Shown here: positions 11,351 to 21,863 of the stretch, in pieces
Position numbering within the stretch: the stretch's first letter is position 1
Layout: each line of letters opens with the position of its first letter
NCBI RefSeq assembly: GCF_964204645.1
Contig: NC_134034.1
Location: 2,666,072-2,730,071, forward strand
Direction of reading: 5' to 3'
DNA from: Tubulanus polymorphus
Lineage: Eukaryota > Animalia > Nemertea
DNA length: 64,000 nucleotides
Translations under genes and position numbers: made by a program
The notes under the pieces: generated by a model
Databases searched by the model: none
What the model was told of the DNA's origin: nothing
What the model saw: the letters and a program-made list of their open reading frames with translations, nothing else

Positions 11351-13612
11351 TCAGTCAACTGATTCAAATTTATGACGTAAGCCACCCTCGATGCCATCCT
11401 TTGCTGACTCTGATCTAGTATTCACCGACGTGACGTCATTTCCGGCCACTCGTTGTTCCCATCTCGTGCGTTCGTTTCGCCTCCACAAACATCGCCTCGG
11501 TCGACCGATCATCGGCCGCGCGGGCGTTGCGACGGACCGGTTTTCGCCGCCTTCGTTTTCGCGACGACGACGACAGTCCGCTCCCTCGTCCGCATCGTCG
11601 CCGCCGTCTGTCGTCGATAACGGACGGAACATAAGATTACCGTCCGAATCGAACCCGGCTTCCTGTTTACCGTTCGTCACGGTGAAATACGACCCGGTGG
11701 TCGGAGCAGACCTCAATTTGTGATCGCCGCGACGCACATAAACAGTTCCGTTACTCCAACTTTCCATTTCGACGAAATGCGTGCGCACCGATACGTCGCC
11801 CATCAGCGGGTTGACGCGAATGCTTTTCGGCCAGTGGTTGATGTAGACGATCCCGCGGTGATTCTGATGTATCCGTACCCCGTTGATGAAGTAGGTGAAC
11901 CCGCCGCGTTCGTGATTCTTCAAGAAACCGTTGGCGACCATTTCGTACAGAACCGCGAGATTCGGTAGAGCGCCACCAACGGCGGACGACGAAAACAGCA
12001 CGGAAACGGTGCCGTCTTCGGACAAATCGGCGAAACCGCCGAAACAGCTTTCTTCCACTTCAGCCGGCGGATCGCTCGAGTCGGTATCGAGCGCGTAGCA
12101 CTTGTTACCGAGCTTGAACGCGATTCGCTCGGTCATCATAAGCGCCCGACGGTCCTCTTCGTCCAGACCCAGTTCTACATTCGTGGTCGTCAACTCCTGG
12201 GCGACGCGCGCGTTCTCGCAGAATATCCAACTGGCCGTTCCGCGACTATTAGTAGCCGCTGAGTATCTATGCGCGTGGTTTACCACTCTTAGACTGCGAT
12301 CGTAGGTCATCTCGATGGCTAGGTTGTTTTCTAGAATGACCGTTATCAGACCGGTCGGAGAGATGGCCACTAAAGGATAGGCCATTTGAAATTGCGGTTG
12401 GTTCAGTTGTAGCGATTCGACGAGCTCGCCGTAGGTAGCAGCGTCCGTCGCGTGAACGCCGTCATCTGATTGGTTTATTTCGCTGCTCATCGGCTGCCCG
12501 TTCGACCAATAGGAGTACTGGGGCGCTATCACACCGCCATCATGCGGCGGCGGCGGTGGCTCGGTAAAACCGCCACCTGGTGGCAGAGGAACAAACATCG
12601 GAATCGGTATCAGCGGCGGTAGGGCATCGCTTACGGTGTAGGGGTCGTGTTGCTGATGATACCCGGTGTACGTGTAAGTATGATCGTACAAGGGTTCGAG
12701 CCCGTCCGTCGACGCAGTCGCGATGGGATGTCGGTTGTCTCCGTCACAAGCTCCAAACGGGTTCTGTCTTATTTGGTCGGTATTGCCGTCGTATTTAGGG
12801 ACCGTTTCGTCGTAAATCGGTTGTTGATTCTCGGCTGATAATCCTTGGTTCTCTACCACGCCCACTGTCTGCTGCACCTGCTGCTGCTGCTGCTGCTGCT
12901 GCTGCGGGTCGAAATAATAATCATATTGCCCCATAAACTGCCCGCTATCGTCGTAGTTCGGAATTTGGCCACCAGGTTCGTATTCACGACGTTGTGCATT
13001 TGTATATGAGATTTCCAAACTTCTGTTCTCAGACTCCGCGACACCAACAAATCTCTCCTGAATTGGCGATAGTGCGACCTCGCTGTTATTTGACAATTCT
13101 TGCCCGGTGTCAAACGAAATCCTTTCAGTGGCGATACGCGTTATCAAATTACCATCGCTCGAGTATTCGGACGATTCCGATCCTTTCGAGTCGGCTAAAA
13201 TCGACCCGGGCATTTCCGAAGTTACCTCAGATGTATTTGCAAATTCTGCCCCGGGCGTTGTTGTTGTAAACGTATTGAGGCTTTCATCGAGATTTTCTTC
13301 AACTTGTCTGGAATCTCGGCCGTCGCGATCGGTCAGTTTGATTTCTTTCATTAACGACACCAGCGGGGACTTACCGGTCGAATCGGTACATGTTCCGTCC
13401 ATCGGCGGCGAAGAAGAACGGTCGTTTGCTTGCTGTTTCACGGGACTCGACGAAGAGGAACAGTTGTTGGCGTTCTCTGCCTCGGCCATATCACCCCAGG
13501 TCATCCCTGGCTGCGATAATGGCGATAGGTTTCGGACCCAGTCGCTGCCGTCACTCGAGCACGTGGATCCCGGAGAATTATTGACTATTCGATTAGTTGT
13601 CTGCGAATCCAT
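11351..13612 (-). CDS. Intronless 753-aa uncharacterised protein: long low-complexity N-terminus (S/E/Q/P-rich, polyQ) plus a beta-strand-rich C-terminal domain
   Basis: 2.3-kb open frame with raised GC in AT-rich surroundings. First ATG (MDSQTT) is at 13612; the track start at 13678 is a GTG. Globular-looking part runs YPLVAISPTGLITVILENN...EAGFDSDGNL. Confidence 0.85.
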   Translation of the reverse strand: MDSQTTNRIVNNSPGSTCSSDGSDWVRNLSPLSQPGMTWGDMAEAENANNCSSSSSPVKQQANDRSSSPPMDGTCTDSTGKSPLVSLMKEIKLTDRDGRDSRQVEENLDESLNTFTTTTPGAEFANTSEVTSEMPGSILADSKGSESSEYSSDGNLITRIATERISFDTGQELSNNSEVALSPIQERFVGVAESENRSLEISYTNAQRREYEPGGQIPNYDDSGQFMGQYDYYFDPQQQQQQQQQVQQTVGVVENQGLSAENQQPIYDETVPKYDGNTDQIRQNPFGACDGDNRHPIATASTDGLEPLYDHTYTYTGYHQQHDPYTVSDALPPLIPIPMFVPLPPGGGFTEPPPPPHDGGVIAPQYSYWSNGQPMSSEINQSDDGVHATDAATYGELVESLQLNQPQFQMAYPLVAISPTGLITVILENNLAIEMTYDRSLRVVNHAHRYSAATNSRGTASWIFCENARVAQELTTTNVELGLDEEDRRALMMTERIAFKLGNKCYALDTDSSDPPAEVEESCFGGFADLSEDGTVSVLFSSSAVGGALPNLAVLYEMVANGFLKNHERGGFTYFINGVRIHQNHRGIVYINHWPKSIRVNPLMGDVSVRTHFVEMESWSNGTVYVRRGDHKLRSAPTTGSYFTVTNGKQEAGFDSDGNLMFRPLSTTDGGDDADEGADCRRRRENEGGENRSVATPARPMIGRPRRCLWRRNERTRWEQRVAGNDVTSVNTRSESAKDGIEGGLRHKFESVD

Positions 13613-14016
13613 TATTCCGTCATTTTTCGGTCTCGTAATTTCGAGTTTCGTCTGCCAAACGACAACAATAGCGTCCACTGGTCGCTTAGGTTACCCACTA
13701 GTTGCTACGCGTATCTCACACGTGTACCATGAAATCAATAATCATTGCGAAAACGAGAGGAGAGGGGGAGGGGGTAGAACTGCTAACTTCAACCATGGGA
13801 GGTCTAAATTTGGAGACCGGGCTATATAAATGTCCTATTAAACCAGACTTGGGCCGATCTCCTGATGCCACAAAATCAGTTCATCATTTCTTAGGTAAGA
13901 TTAAAGTTACTGGACCCACTGTTCCTAGTTGAGAATGATGATTAACTAAAAATTGAAATTCTTTTTGATTTTTTTTCACCCTAGCGCTTAATTCTTAAAC
14001 CGACTACGAAAACGGA

Positions 14017-14123
14017 CGCGGTTCCATAGTTGTGAGTTAAGAATTTACTCTGAGTTAAAATCAGTTCGTTTTCAATGTTTAAACACTAGATTCAAATTTA
14101 ACTCAGAACTGTGGAACTGGACC
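14017..14123. mobile_element. Short palindromic MITE (Harbinger-like family)
   Basis: ggttccatagttgtgagttaa ... ttaactcagaactgtggaactgg inverted ends; same termini as 44239-44376. Confidence 0.6.
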
Positions 14124-16392
14124 CTCGCTATCAGTACAAGATACCGAGGTAAAACTGGTGTTTTAACTGATACTGGTTTATATTTATCCAGGGTTAAAGT
14201 TAAAACGGATGTCAGCGATACCAGTAACAGGGTTAGGTTAAATCGGGCTCGTAGAATCCGTTCCAATGTCAACATAAACACGGACCCGGGTCCAATTTCA
14301 TGAACATAGAAGTTCGAATCGTTGCCCTAATTAAAAACATAAAGTTACTGATTGATGCTGAAACAAAAAATTATAGTTAAACTTTCTCGTCAAACAGCGG
14401 GATTATGATTAAAGACCCTCTTACGCAATCATAATCCGTGCTTAGTACGGTTTAGTTCGCGCTAATGAACGATCTTTTTTTTCGAACGAAAACACAAATT
14501 ACGCGTTCTTCATTTATTACAACGAAAATCAAACGTTTTCGATGGTTTTGTAGCGGGAGCTAAACGCGGCTACTTAATCATTATTTATACCGGCGAGCAC
14601 CGTAACAAGCGACGCCGTCGTTTTACGTAGAGCGACAAGATGATAAATCAAACGAAGAAATCCTCAGCCCCCTAAAACTAGATTACCGTTCAGCTATTAA
14701 CGCGCGCAGTCCCCGCGGCATTTTATCCTGTATACTTTAAATAAAACAATTCGCTGGTATATTTACCGAGAGAGAGAGAGCTCTCGGTAACAAAGCGAAG
14801 AGACTTAGTAGATCGTTTGTCACGATGACGCGCTGAAGATCGTCTGCTGTTTTTGTGTCTGGCGTGTTTGTTTACGCACGGATTAGTGTGTATTTTTAAG
14901 TGTGAATGAGTGACCGTCGCTCGCTCGCGTCGGGCCTGATTTACGCGTTTGTTTTCCTAATTTAACGGTAGCGTGAACCGCGGACGTGTAATAGCCTATT
15001 ATGCGTGCACGCATGAACCGTCCGAGACATTTTATCCTTGATACTTCAGTAAACTCTGCCTACTCGACATATCTCATAAGGCACGAGACCATTGGCCAGT
15101 GGGCCGCCTGCGAGATGCGCTGGACTCCGCTCGTGGCAAGTGAGGATCCACCAGGTGTGCTAGTGTGCATTCCGACAATGCATTTCTTCTCGGATTCAAT
15201 TCAAATCGATCGATAATCTCTCAAATTCTACTAATGATGAATAAAAACGACGCTTTGTACGAACAATAAAGATAAATGTGAGTTTGCTAAGGGGATGATT
15301 CGCCCCCTCACCCCTTTGATTTACCTAATTCATGATGGGGAGGCAAACGTCTAGATGGAAGTTTATTTAAAAAAAAAAACTAAATTTGGAACAAGTTGTT
15401 GAACTTTACGGATAGCTAGTCGGATAGCTGGTGGCACGGATCTTCCTTATTTAACAACAGATAAATATCGCCAGATGGCGTTACCATAGGATAGCAAGGC
15501 CAAAGTTATATCTAATCTCATCTTATCTTATCTTATCTGTCGCATCTTTTTCTAAAATGGCCAAGTTTTCTAGAAAAAAAAGAAAAAACGACGATTCAAA
15601 AAGTTCTCCTCATTCTCTATTAAATGATACATCAATTACTATCGTCCCCACGAACATTAGATTGAAATGAATTTGGAAAAGGCGTAGTTGACTCGGAGCG
15701 TGGGGCAGATGGAGTTTTGCACGATAGATTACTACTAGTCAGAGCTGAAAGCGGAAATGATTTTGTGACGTTCATGTAGAACAATTCCAGTTTTAATTAG
15801 ACTAATCGAGGTCGAATTGCCCGCTGTTCTGTAGTGAATATCAATAATTCAGCAGGTTTTTGCATGTTGCGCCGAGCCGCTGCGTCGACACACGGACCCC
15901 TCCGATATCAATTCGAATACGAAGCTTTTCGTGAATTTAGGAAAATCGATTTGATGACTATTTGATAAAACTAGTTACTCAACCGTGACCTGAACCGCTA
16001 ACGATGAATATCAATTATACATGGGAAGGGCTAAAACAGGAGTTCAAACAGACTAGAAATGACGTCATGCGGAAAATGCTTAATGTTTTGATCTAATGTT
16101 TTCTGCACAAAAGTCAAATCAATAAAAAATCACGAAATTTCAAAATTGGATATAAATAAGTCTCTCAACTTGTATTCACCTTTAGTACCACCTTTACTAC
16201 TGATTTTGATTTACAATTTATATTTATACTCACTATTGTTGTTTATAATTACCCTTTGGTTTGCTTCTCTTTAATCTATTATAACGCGTAACTGTTTCTA
16301 CGTTAATTTTCCTCTAGTTTGTATCATCTCTGATTACTTGTCTCTTTGTCCCTGGATTGTGTATATATCTCATAATTTTTGTAGTATCTCAT

Positions 16393-16725
16393 TATTCCTG
16401 AAGATGACTATTAGGATATAGTCGAAACGTTGAATAAACTACACTAGCTCAAGGAATACAGTATTCCTGAAGATGACTATTAGGATAAAGTCGAAACGTT
16501 GAATAAACTACACTAGCTCAAGGAATACAGTATTCCTGAATATGACTTTTAGGATATAGTCGAAACGTTGAATAAACTACACTAGCTCAAGGAATACAGT
16601 ATTCCTGAAGATGACTATTAGGATAAAGTCGAAATGTTGAATAAACTACACTAGCTCAAGGAATACAGTATTCCTGAAGATGACTATTAGGATATAGTCG
16701 AAACGTTGAATAAACTACACTAGCT
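16393..16725 (+). ncRNA. Tandem array of ~4.8 x 69-bp units, each a minimal type I hammerhead ribozyme motif (Penelope/retrozyme-like)
   Basis: Units start at 16393, 16462, 16531, 16600, 16669. Each reads stem I UAUUC - CUGAAGA - U - stem II GACUAU/AUAGUC - GAA-ACGU-U - GAAUA (stem I'). Unit 3 has CUGAAUA; unit 4 has GAAAUGUU. Confidence 0.8.
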
Positions 16726-16889
16726 TCAGTTACATTTTCGGACAATGTTTTTCCGTTATTATTGTGTGGAATTCTCTCTATACATCGCTTTAACACGGAT
16801 ATAGTGTTTTATCAATCGCGATACATCTGCATCCTTTATCTTGTTTCTGAGTTGTACTTTGACTTGTTTTCTACATGTGATTTTCCTTG

Positions 16890-16934
16890 CCTTACAAATC
16901 ATCCCTTTAGGGCCTAGAGGGATGATTTGTAAGG
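16890..16934. repeat. Near-perfect hairpin with 17-bp arms
   Basis: ccttacaaatcatccct-ttagggcctag-agggatgatttgtaagg. Confidence 0.85.
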
Positions 16935-17371
16935 AAAGAATGTATGAAAAATACCTGTTTGCACTTGTGCCCTCGCCAGCCAACGTTAGGTCTTGCAGCG
17001 AGTTGTTTTTTTTTCAACTATCATTTGGTGCAACAGAATCAGTGATTTTCGTCACAAGCCCTCGAAGTTTGTAAATACATTTCCACAGTTGTGGGTTACA
17101 TCTTGGAGTAATCATTTGTCAAAGGATTGCTCCAAGTTTAGGTAACGCTGAATTTGGTTAATTCACGATGATTAAAACTATGGCGTCAAATTTTCACTCA
17201 TTACAAACGGACCTGATTATCTTCCATTGTTATACATGGTGAAGTCTCCAAAACTGGTTATCGAACTAACTATGACCCATCGTACTAAACCTTTAAATCT
17301 TCCCTCACCTATCAGAATGTGGATCGCGTTGTGCCTGCAATCCCGTCAGATGGCGTGCGTAACTAGGGCAT

Positions 17372-17495
17372 ATGCAAATATCAAAATCAAGTTCGTTTTC
17401 AACTAACTTATATCAGTACCAACGACGTGTTCATCGTACGTTTCGGAATAATGCTTAACACAATAATATTTGTAATGTTGGCGTAGCATGCAAAT
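17372..17495 (+). promoter_or_regulatory. Octamer motifs upstream of U1 (possible distal sequence element)
   Basis: ATGCAAAT at 17372-17379 (about -234) and 17488-17495. Confidence 0.45.
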
Positions 17496-17605
17496 TGATT
17501 AGTTTGTTAAAATTAATGAATGCAGCGATGTATGCTTTCAACCGAACACCGTTCAGATAACGACAGGTCCGCCATATATATTGACATTTTGAACGTTACG
17601 TAAGC

Positions 17606-17769
17606 ATACTTACCTGGCACAGGGGTGCTCACCGTGATCTGGAAGGCGGTGCCCCTATGGCGAGGCCTGTCATTGCAGAAAGACTGGTTGACCCATACGA
17701 TCTCCCCAAATGTGGGAGACTCGGGTGTACAATTTCTGGTAGTGGGGGACTGCGTTCGCGCTATCCCCT
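17606..17769 (+). ncRNA. U1: U1 spliceosomal snRNA (variant loops)
   Basis: Starts ATACTTACCTGG; 164 nt; stem-loops I-III pair; Sm site AATTTCTGG; SL4 gggggactgcgttcgcgctatcccct. Confidence 0.97.
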
Positions 17770-17830
17770 TCATTAGCAAACCAATGGCAGACATAAAACC
17801 CTTCAACGACGAAACTCCTTATGTTCCTCG

Positions 17831-17844
17831 TATATATATGTATA

Positions 17845-17925
<81 letters not shown>

Positions 17926-17949
17926 CATATTATATATATATATATATAT
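17831..17949. repeat. (TA)n microsatellite
   Basis: Direct reading. Confidence 0.98.
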
Positions 17950-18384
17950 TCCAGGGGACTGCGTACGCGCAACGAAAGAAGAAGTAGGAGCCTTGGGCGT
18001 GGACTAGCACTAGCCACTATAACCCGATTCTCAAGACACCATATACAGCTTCTGCTACTCGAAAAAATAGTGAAATATCTGAGACGTTTTTCGTCTCGAT
18101 ATTACGTGACGGCCGAGGAAACGTTTTGAAAACGAGGAAATGATTAAGTATTCATTTGACATTGTAGTGTCGCGATATAAAAGCCCATCATGTATATACG
18201 GATTATATTCACGGGATTGATGTGATAAGAAAGTACTCCTGCGATGTTGAAGCGTCGATAAAAGCCTATATAACGAGTAATGTTAGTTTTTGTATATGAT
18301 ACGTTCATGCGTAAAGAACTGTATTGCGTCAATACACTCAGTCCTGGAGGAATTAGATAAACAAGAATTCTAACTTGTTAATGA

Positions 18385-18462
18385 AGCCTCGCATCTTCAC
18401 CCGTCAAGGGATTCGAACCCACTACGCTAAAGCTGTTCCCCGAACCCCTTGACCTCACGAGT
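18385..18462 (-). mobile_element. Possible tRNA-derived SINE head
   Basis: Minus strand contains gggttcgaatccc (B box) but no complete cloverleaf. Confidence 0.4.
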
Positions 18463-19445
18463 CGTTGGAGTCGTTACTAGCCGACCAGAATCCGGTCGTA
18501 CCAATCACAGCGCTTGTAACAAACCGTCAGTAGACTTCTGTTGGTTTCCCGTTAAATGGACCAATCAGCGAACGTTTTACCGAACAAGGAAGTATTTCGC
18601 AAATCGATATATGACGTCACGCGCAACAGCGCCAGTAATGAAATCACGCTTCGTGAGGCCAGGGGGCTGGTGGAAGCGAGTTCGGGAGCGATACTGGACC
18701 CCTGGCAAGCGAGGATGGAAGCCTCGAAGAAGAATAACACGTATATATATTGCCTAATACTATCAACACTGGAAAATATAGCATGACGTTAAGGACCATT
18801 TAACTGATTTTGAATTTGAATATAACGACAATTGAATTGAATTGACCGGCAACCAGGCTATCCCCAATATCGATGACGTAGAGCACGTCTACTCTCAATT
18901 CATTATTGACAAAAACAAACATTTCACAAACATTCATGCAATAATATCTAACTTTTAAACGAACGCAAAAAATTCACTAATTTAGTTTAATCTTGAAACG
19001 CCAAAACTGTGTGCGCGCGCGCGTTCGTGTCGTGTTTGTACTTAGACTGGTGGCCGGTCTCTACCTTCAGTTAGATTCTGACTGCGAATGCAGGTGGCGC
19101 AGAATTGGACAGGCGACCAGTCTATGTGTGTACTATGTCGACCGAATAGTAGAAATAGCGATTGGGAAAGAAACTAGTTTCCTCTGTACGATGAAGTGGC
19201 CCACTTCAAACGCAACCCGAATATCCAAAGCCCAGACGCACCACTAATTAGCCGTCAATAATTCATAAACTTCACCGAGTTATAACTCGATAATTAACCC
19301 TAACCCATCACTGGCTGCGAGCTCGTCTCTAAAATCTATACTTGAATGTACGATCAGTTTATGGCGCGATTCTCGCTACAGACTTCACGTGTATTCGGCA
19401 TTTAACCTGGGGCATCTTTCATTGAAAATGAACTACAAACATCAG

Positions 19446-19565
19446 GGGCGGGCGCAGGAAAACCTTGTTAGCCTAACTGTAGTTAGTGGCTTATCCGCCG
19501 TGGTTAGGGTAACCAACTTAAAATAAGAGGCCGCACGAAGACAATGGTTAGCTGACAGCCGGCCC
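19446..19565. mobile_element. Harbinger-like MITE inserted into a 109-bp satellite monomer
   Basis: cag|gggcgggc...gccggccc|ctg interrupts the satellite motif caaacatcag/acatt. Confidence 0.45.
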
Positions 19566-19629
19566 CTGACATTTTAGTAGTCGAATGAAACACTCTTATC
19601 CGTGTACACTGTAGACAATCTAAGTAGTC

Positions 19630-19671
19630 CCGCCTGATGATGGCTGTTAGTCAACAGCCGAAACGTCGTGG
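19630..19671 (+). ncRNA. Single minimal type I hammerhead ribozyme motif
   Basis: CCGC-CUGAUGA-U-GGCUGUU(AGUC)AACAGCC-GAAACGUC-GUGG, followed by AATAAA; perfect 7-bp stem II and a GUC cleavage triplet. Confidence 0.75.
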
Positions 19672-20394
19672 TTTCGTTTTAATAAATTATTTCACATGTA
19701 AAATTCGAATTGCGGGACCACTTCGATTACCAGACATTTTACCAGAACACTTTCAAAAATTCGTCATCCACACTTCACGTGCGTTCAGTACTTCATCTGA
19801 GACGTTTCTAATTGAAAATAAGCGACAAACGTTCAAAAACTGATCGTCCACATTTCACATGTGTTCAAAACTTCACGCGAGACTTTTTTTCATCGATACA
19901 CCAGACCTGAGACATTTCATCGGTGCAGTTGATGAAAAAATGATCGTCCGATCCAGAAATGTTTAATAGAAAATGTAATACAAACCGAAATCCCGCCTAA
20001 AGCCAGGGTAAACTTAAACATCGCGTGAAAAAACTATCAAAGATGAAAGCCTTAGTAGAATATATACATCGAATTCTAACGCATCATGAAAATATCCTTT
20101 TTTTCCGGAGTTTCTGCGTTTTTTTTAGACCACAAATTTAATTTCCTAGTTCGTCAATTTCATGGCTTCATTTTCCGCGTGTATTTTTTCCTCGCGGGAA
20201 ATTAATTTCCTATTAATTCCTAGCGAATTACGCGCAGTCGTCGTAACAAATAGTTATGTAAAACATAACCTCGGATGAATCAGAAATCAATAAAACTTGG
20301 TTGCTGTCAACCTGAAATTGGTCCAACTGTCGACAATGGAGTCGACATCTTAAGTTTTTGTCATCGCATATGTCATATTGTAATCATAATTTTT

Positions 20395-20785
20395 CGACGT
20401 CGTAAAAACCGTTACAACAATGCTTATATACATTGATAACTACTATTCGTTATTCAATCGGTTCTCTGTGAGTCGATGTGCACTACGTCACCAATATTGG
20501 CGTTTGAAATTAACAATAGCAATTGTGAATGTAGGTGTTTATTTTGCAATTCGATATCTTTTAAAAATCTTATAATACATTTTATAGGTTTTCAGAGGAT
20601 GTGCACTACGTCATCAATATGTGGGGCTAGACCGGTTGCCAGTCAATGCAATTCAATCGTCGCTATGTTCAAATTCACGATAGCTTTTTTGATCCATAAT
20701 ACTATACTATTTTCTATCATGATATTTATATGTATTGTTGCAGATATCATTCAATATGTGTCACTTACCTTCAATAAACCTTTAA
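20395..20785 (+). mobile_element. ~390-bp interspersed repeat family (copies ~32860-33300 +, ~18810-18960 -, ~62115-62405 -)
   Basis: Shared cgtaaaaaccgttacaa, two internal gatgtgcactacgtca motifs and ggttgcc.g.caat...ttcaaattc. Confidence 0.75.
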
Positions 20786-21339
20786 GTTAGTTAAGCTTGA
20801 TAACAAGAAAACAAACTCTATTGTGTGCGTATCGCGTGTGGTGCGCACGAATCGCTTACGTGATCCTCCTATTTGTAAATGTGAAGACCTCGGAGCGATA
20901 AGTTTACTAAAGCCAAACATTATTCCACAAATGGGTGACCGTGAGGTAGGTTGATTTCACGGCATAGTCGATACATTACGAGCTCTGCTATTCTCAGGTT
21001 GCCCTGCTGTTATTTTACATCAAATATGGTATTCATTGATGAACATCATTCAGGAAATAAATAAATAAATAAATAAATAAACAAATGTGAAACTGTTTAT
21101 GAGTTTATCAGTTTTTGAGGGTATAGGAACTATCAAATTTGGATATATATTTTGAGAAAGTCACAAAACATTTAAGACTAGGTTTTCATAGTTAGCGTAT
21201 AACATCCTATCTTTGTTCCACCCTTTGGTCCAAATGAATCAGGCCTACTACAGTGTTCATTTTCTATCGCAGCAACACAGAAATAGATCTTTCGGTATAA
21301 ATTCGAAATCGAATATTTCAAACCCTGACTGCGACGTAT

Positions 21340-21863
21340 TCAGCTGCATGCGCGCGGTCGACAACGAACGATTGGTCGGTTTCGAAATTCGAAACTGATG
21401 ACGTCATCGATCGATGTAACGGTTTTTGCATAATTACCCGACGCAGACGATCGGGATATATTCACGCACGCACACAACACGCGGAGACAGGCGCGCGCCA
21501 GTACACTTAATATACCGCTCGCGGAAATACTCTAAACCATCCGATCAGTTTTCAATCGACTCGTTACCGACGCGCGCGTAGTAGAGACGCCGCCGCTGCC
21601 GCCTGCTTCTTCGATTCAAATTCAACGGTTTCGCGTAAAAAGCGCGGGAAAATACTAAACGTCCACCACCGACGATCGCAGCCCGAAAAAACCCAGATCG
21701 GACAAACTTCTGAAATCCGAAGCAGGAACGAACGACGAATTTGGTTGAGAAAATTTTGGGGAACTTTTTCGAACGCATTTTCGCGCGCTCGATTTTTTAA
21801 CGGAACGCCGCAGGATAATTCGACGCGAAGAACGGAGTTGAAAAATATCGAAAGAGAAGATCG
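21340..21863 (+). promoter_or_regulatory. CpG-rich promoter and probable non-coding first exon (~21545-21863) of a long plus-strand gene
   Basis: Reverse CCAAT box (~21371), TGACGTCA (~21399), TCAGTT initiator-like motif at 21545, strong donor cg|gtaagt at 21863/21864 followed by T-rich intron-like sequence. Confidence 0.5.

Noticed and set aside
11391-13932. Plus-strand ORFs overlapping the large gene, and the GTG start at 13678
   Set aside because: Antisense shadows of a GC-rich CDS; a eukaryotic start at ATG 13612 is more plausible.
17513-18129. ORFs with YIYIYI runs
   Set aside because: They overlap the U1 gene and the (TA)n microsatellite.
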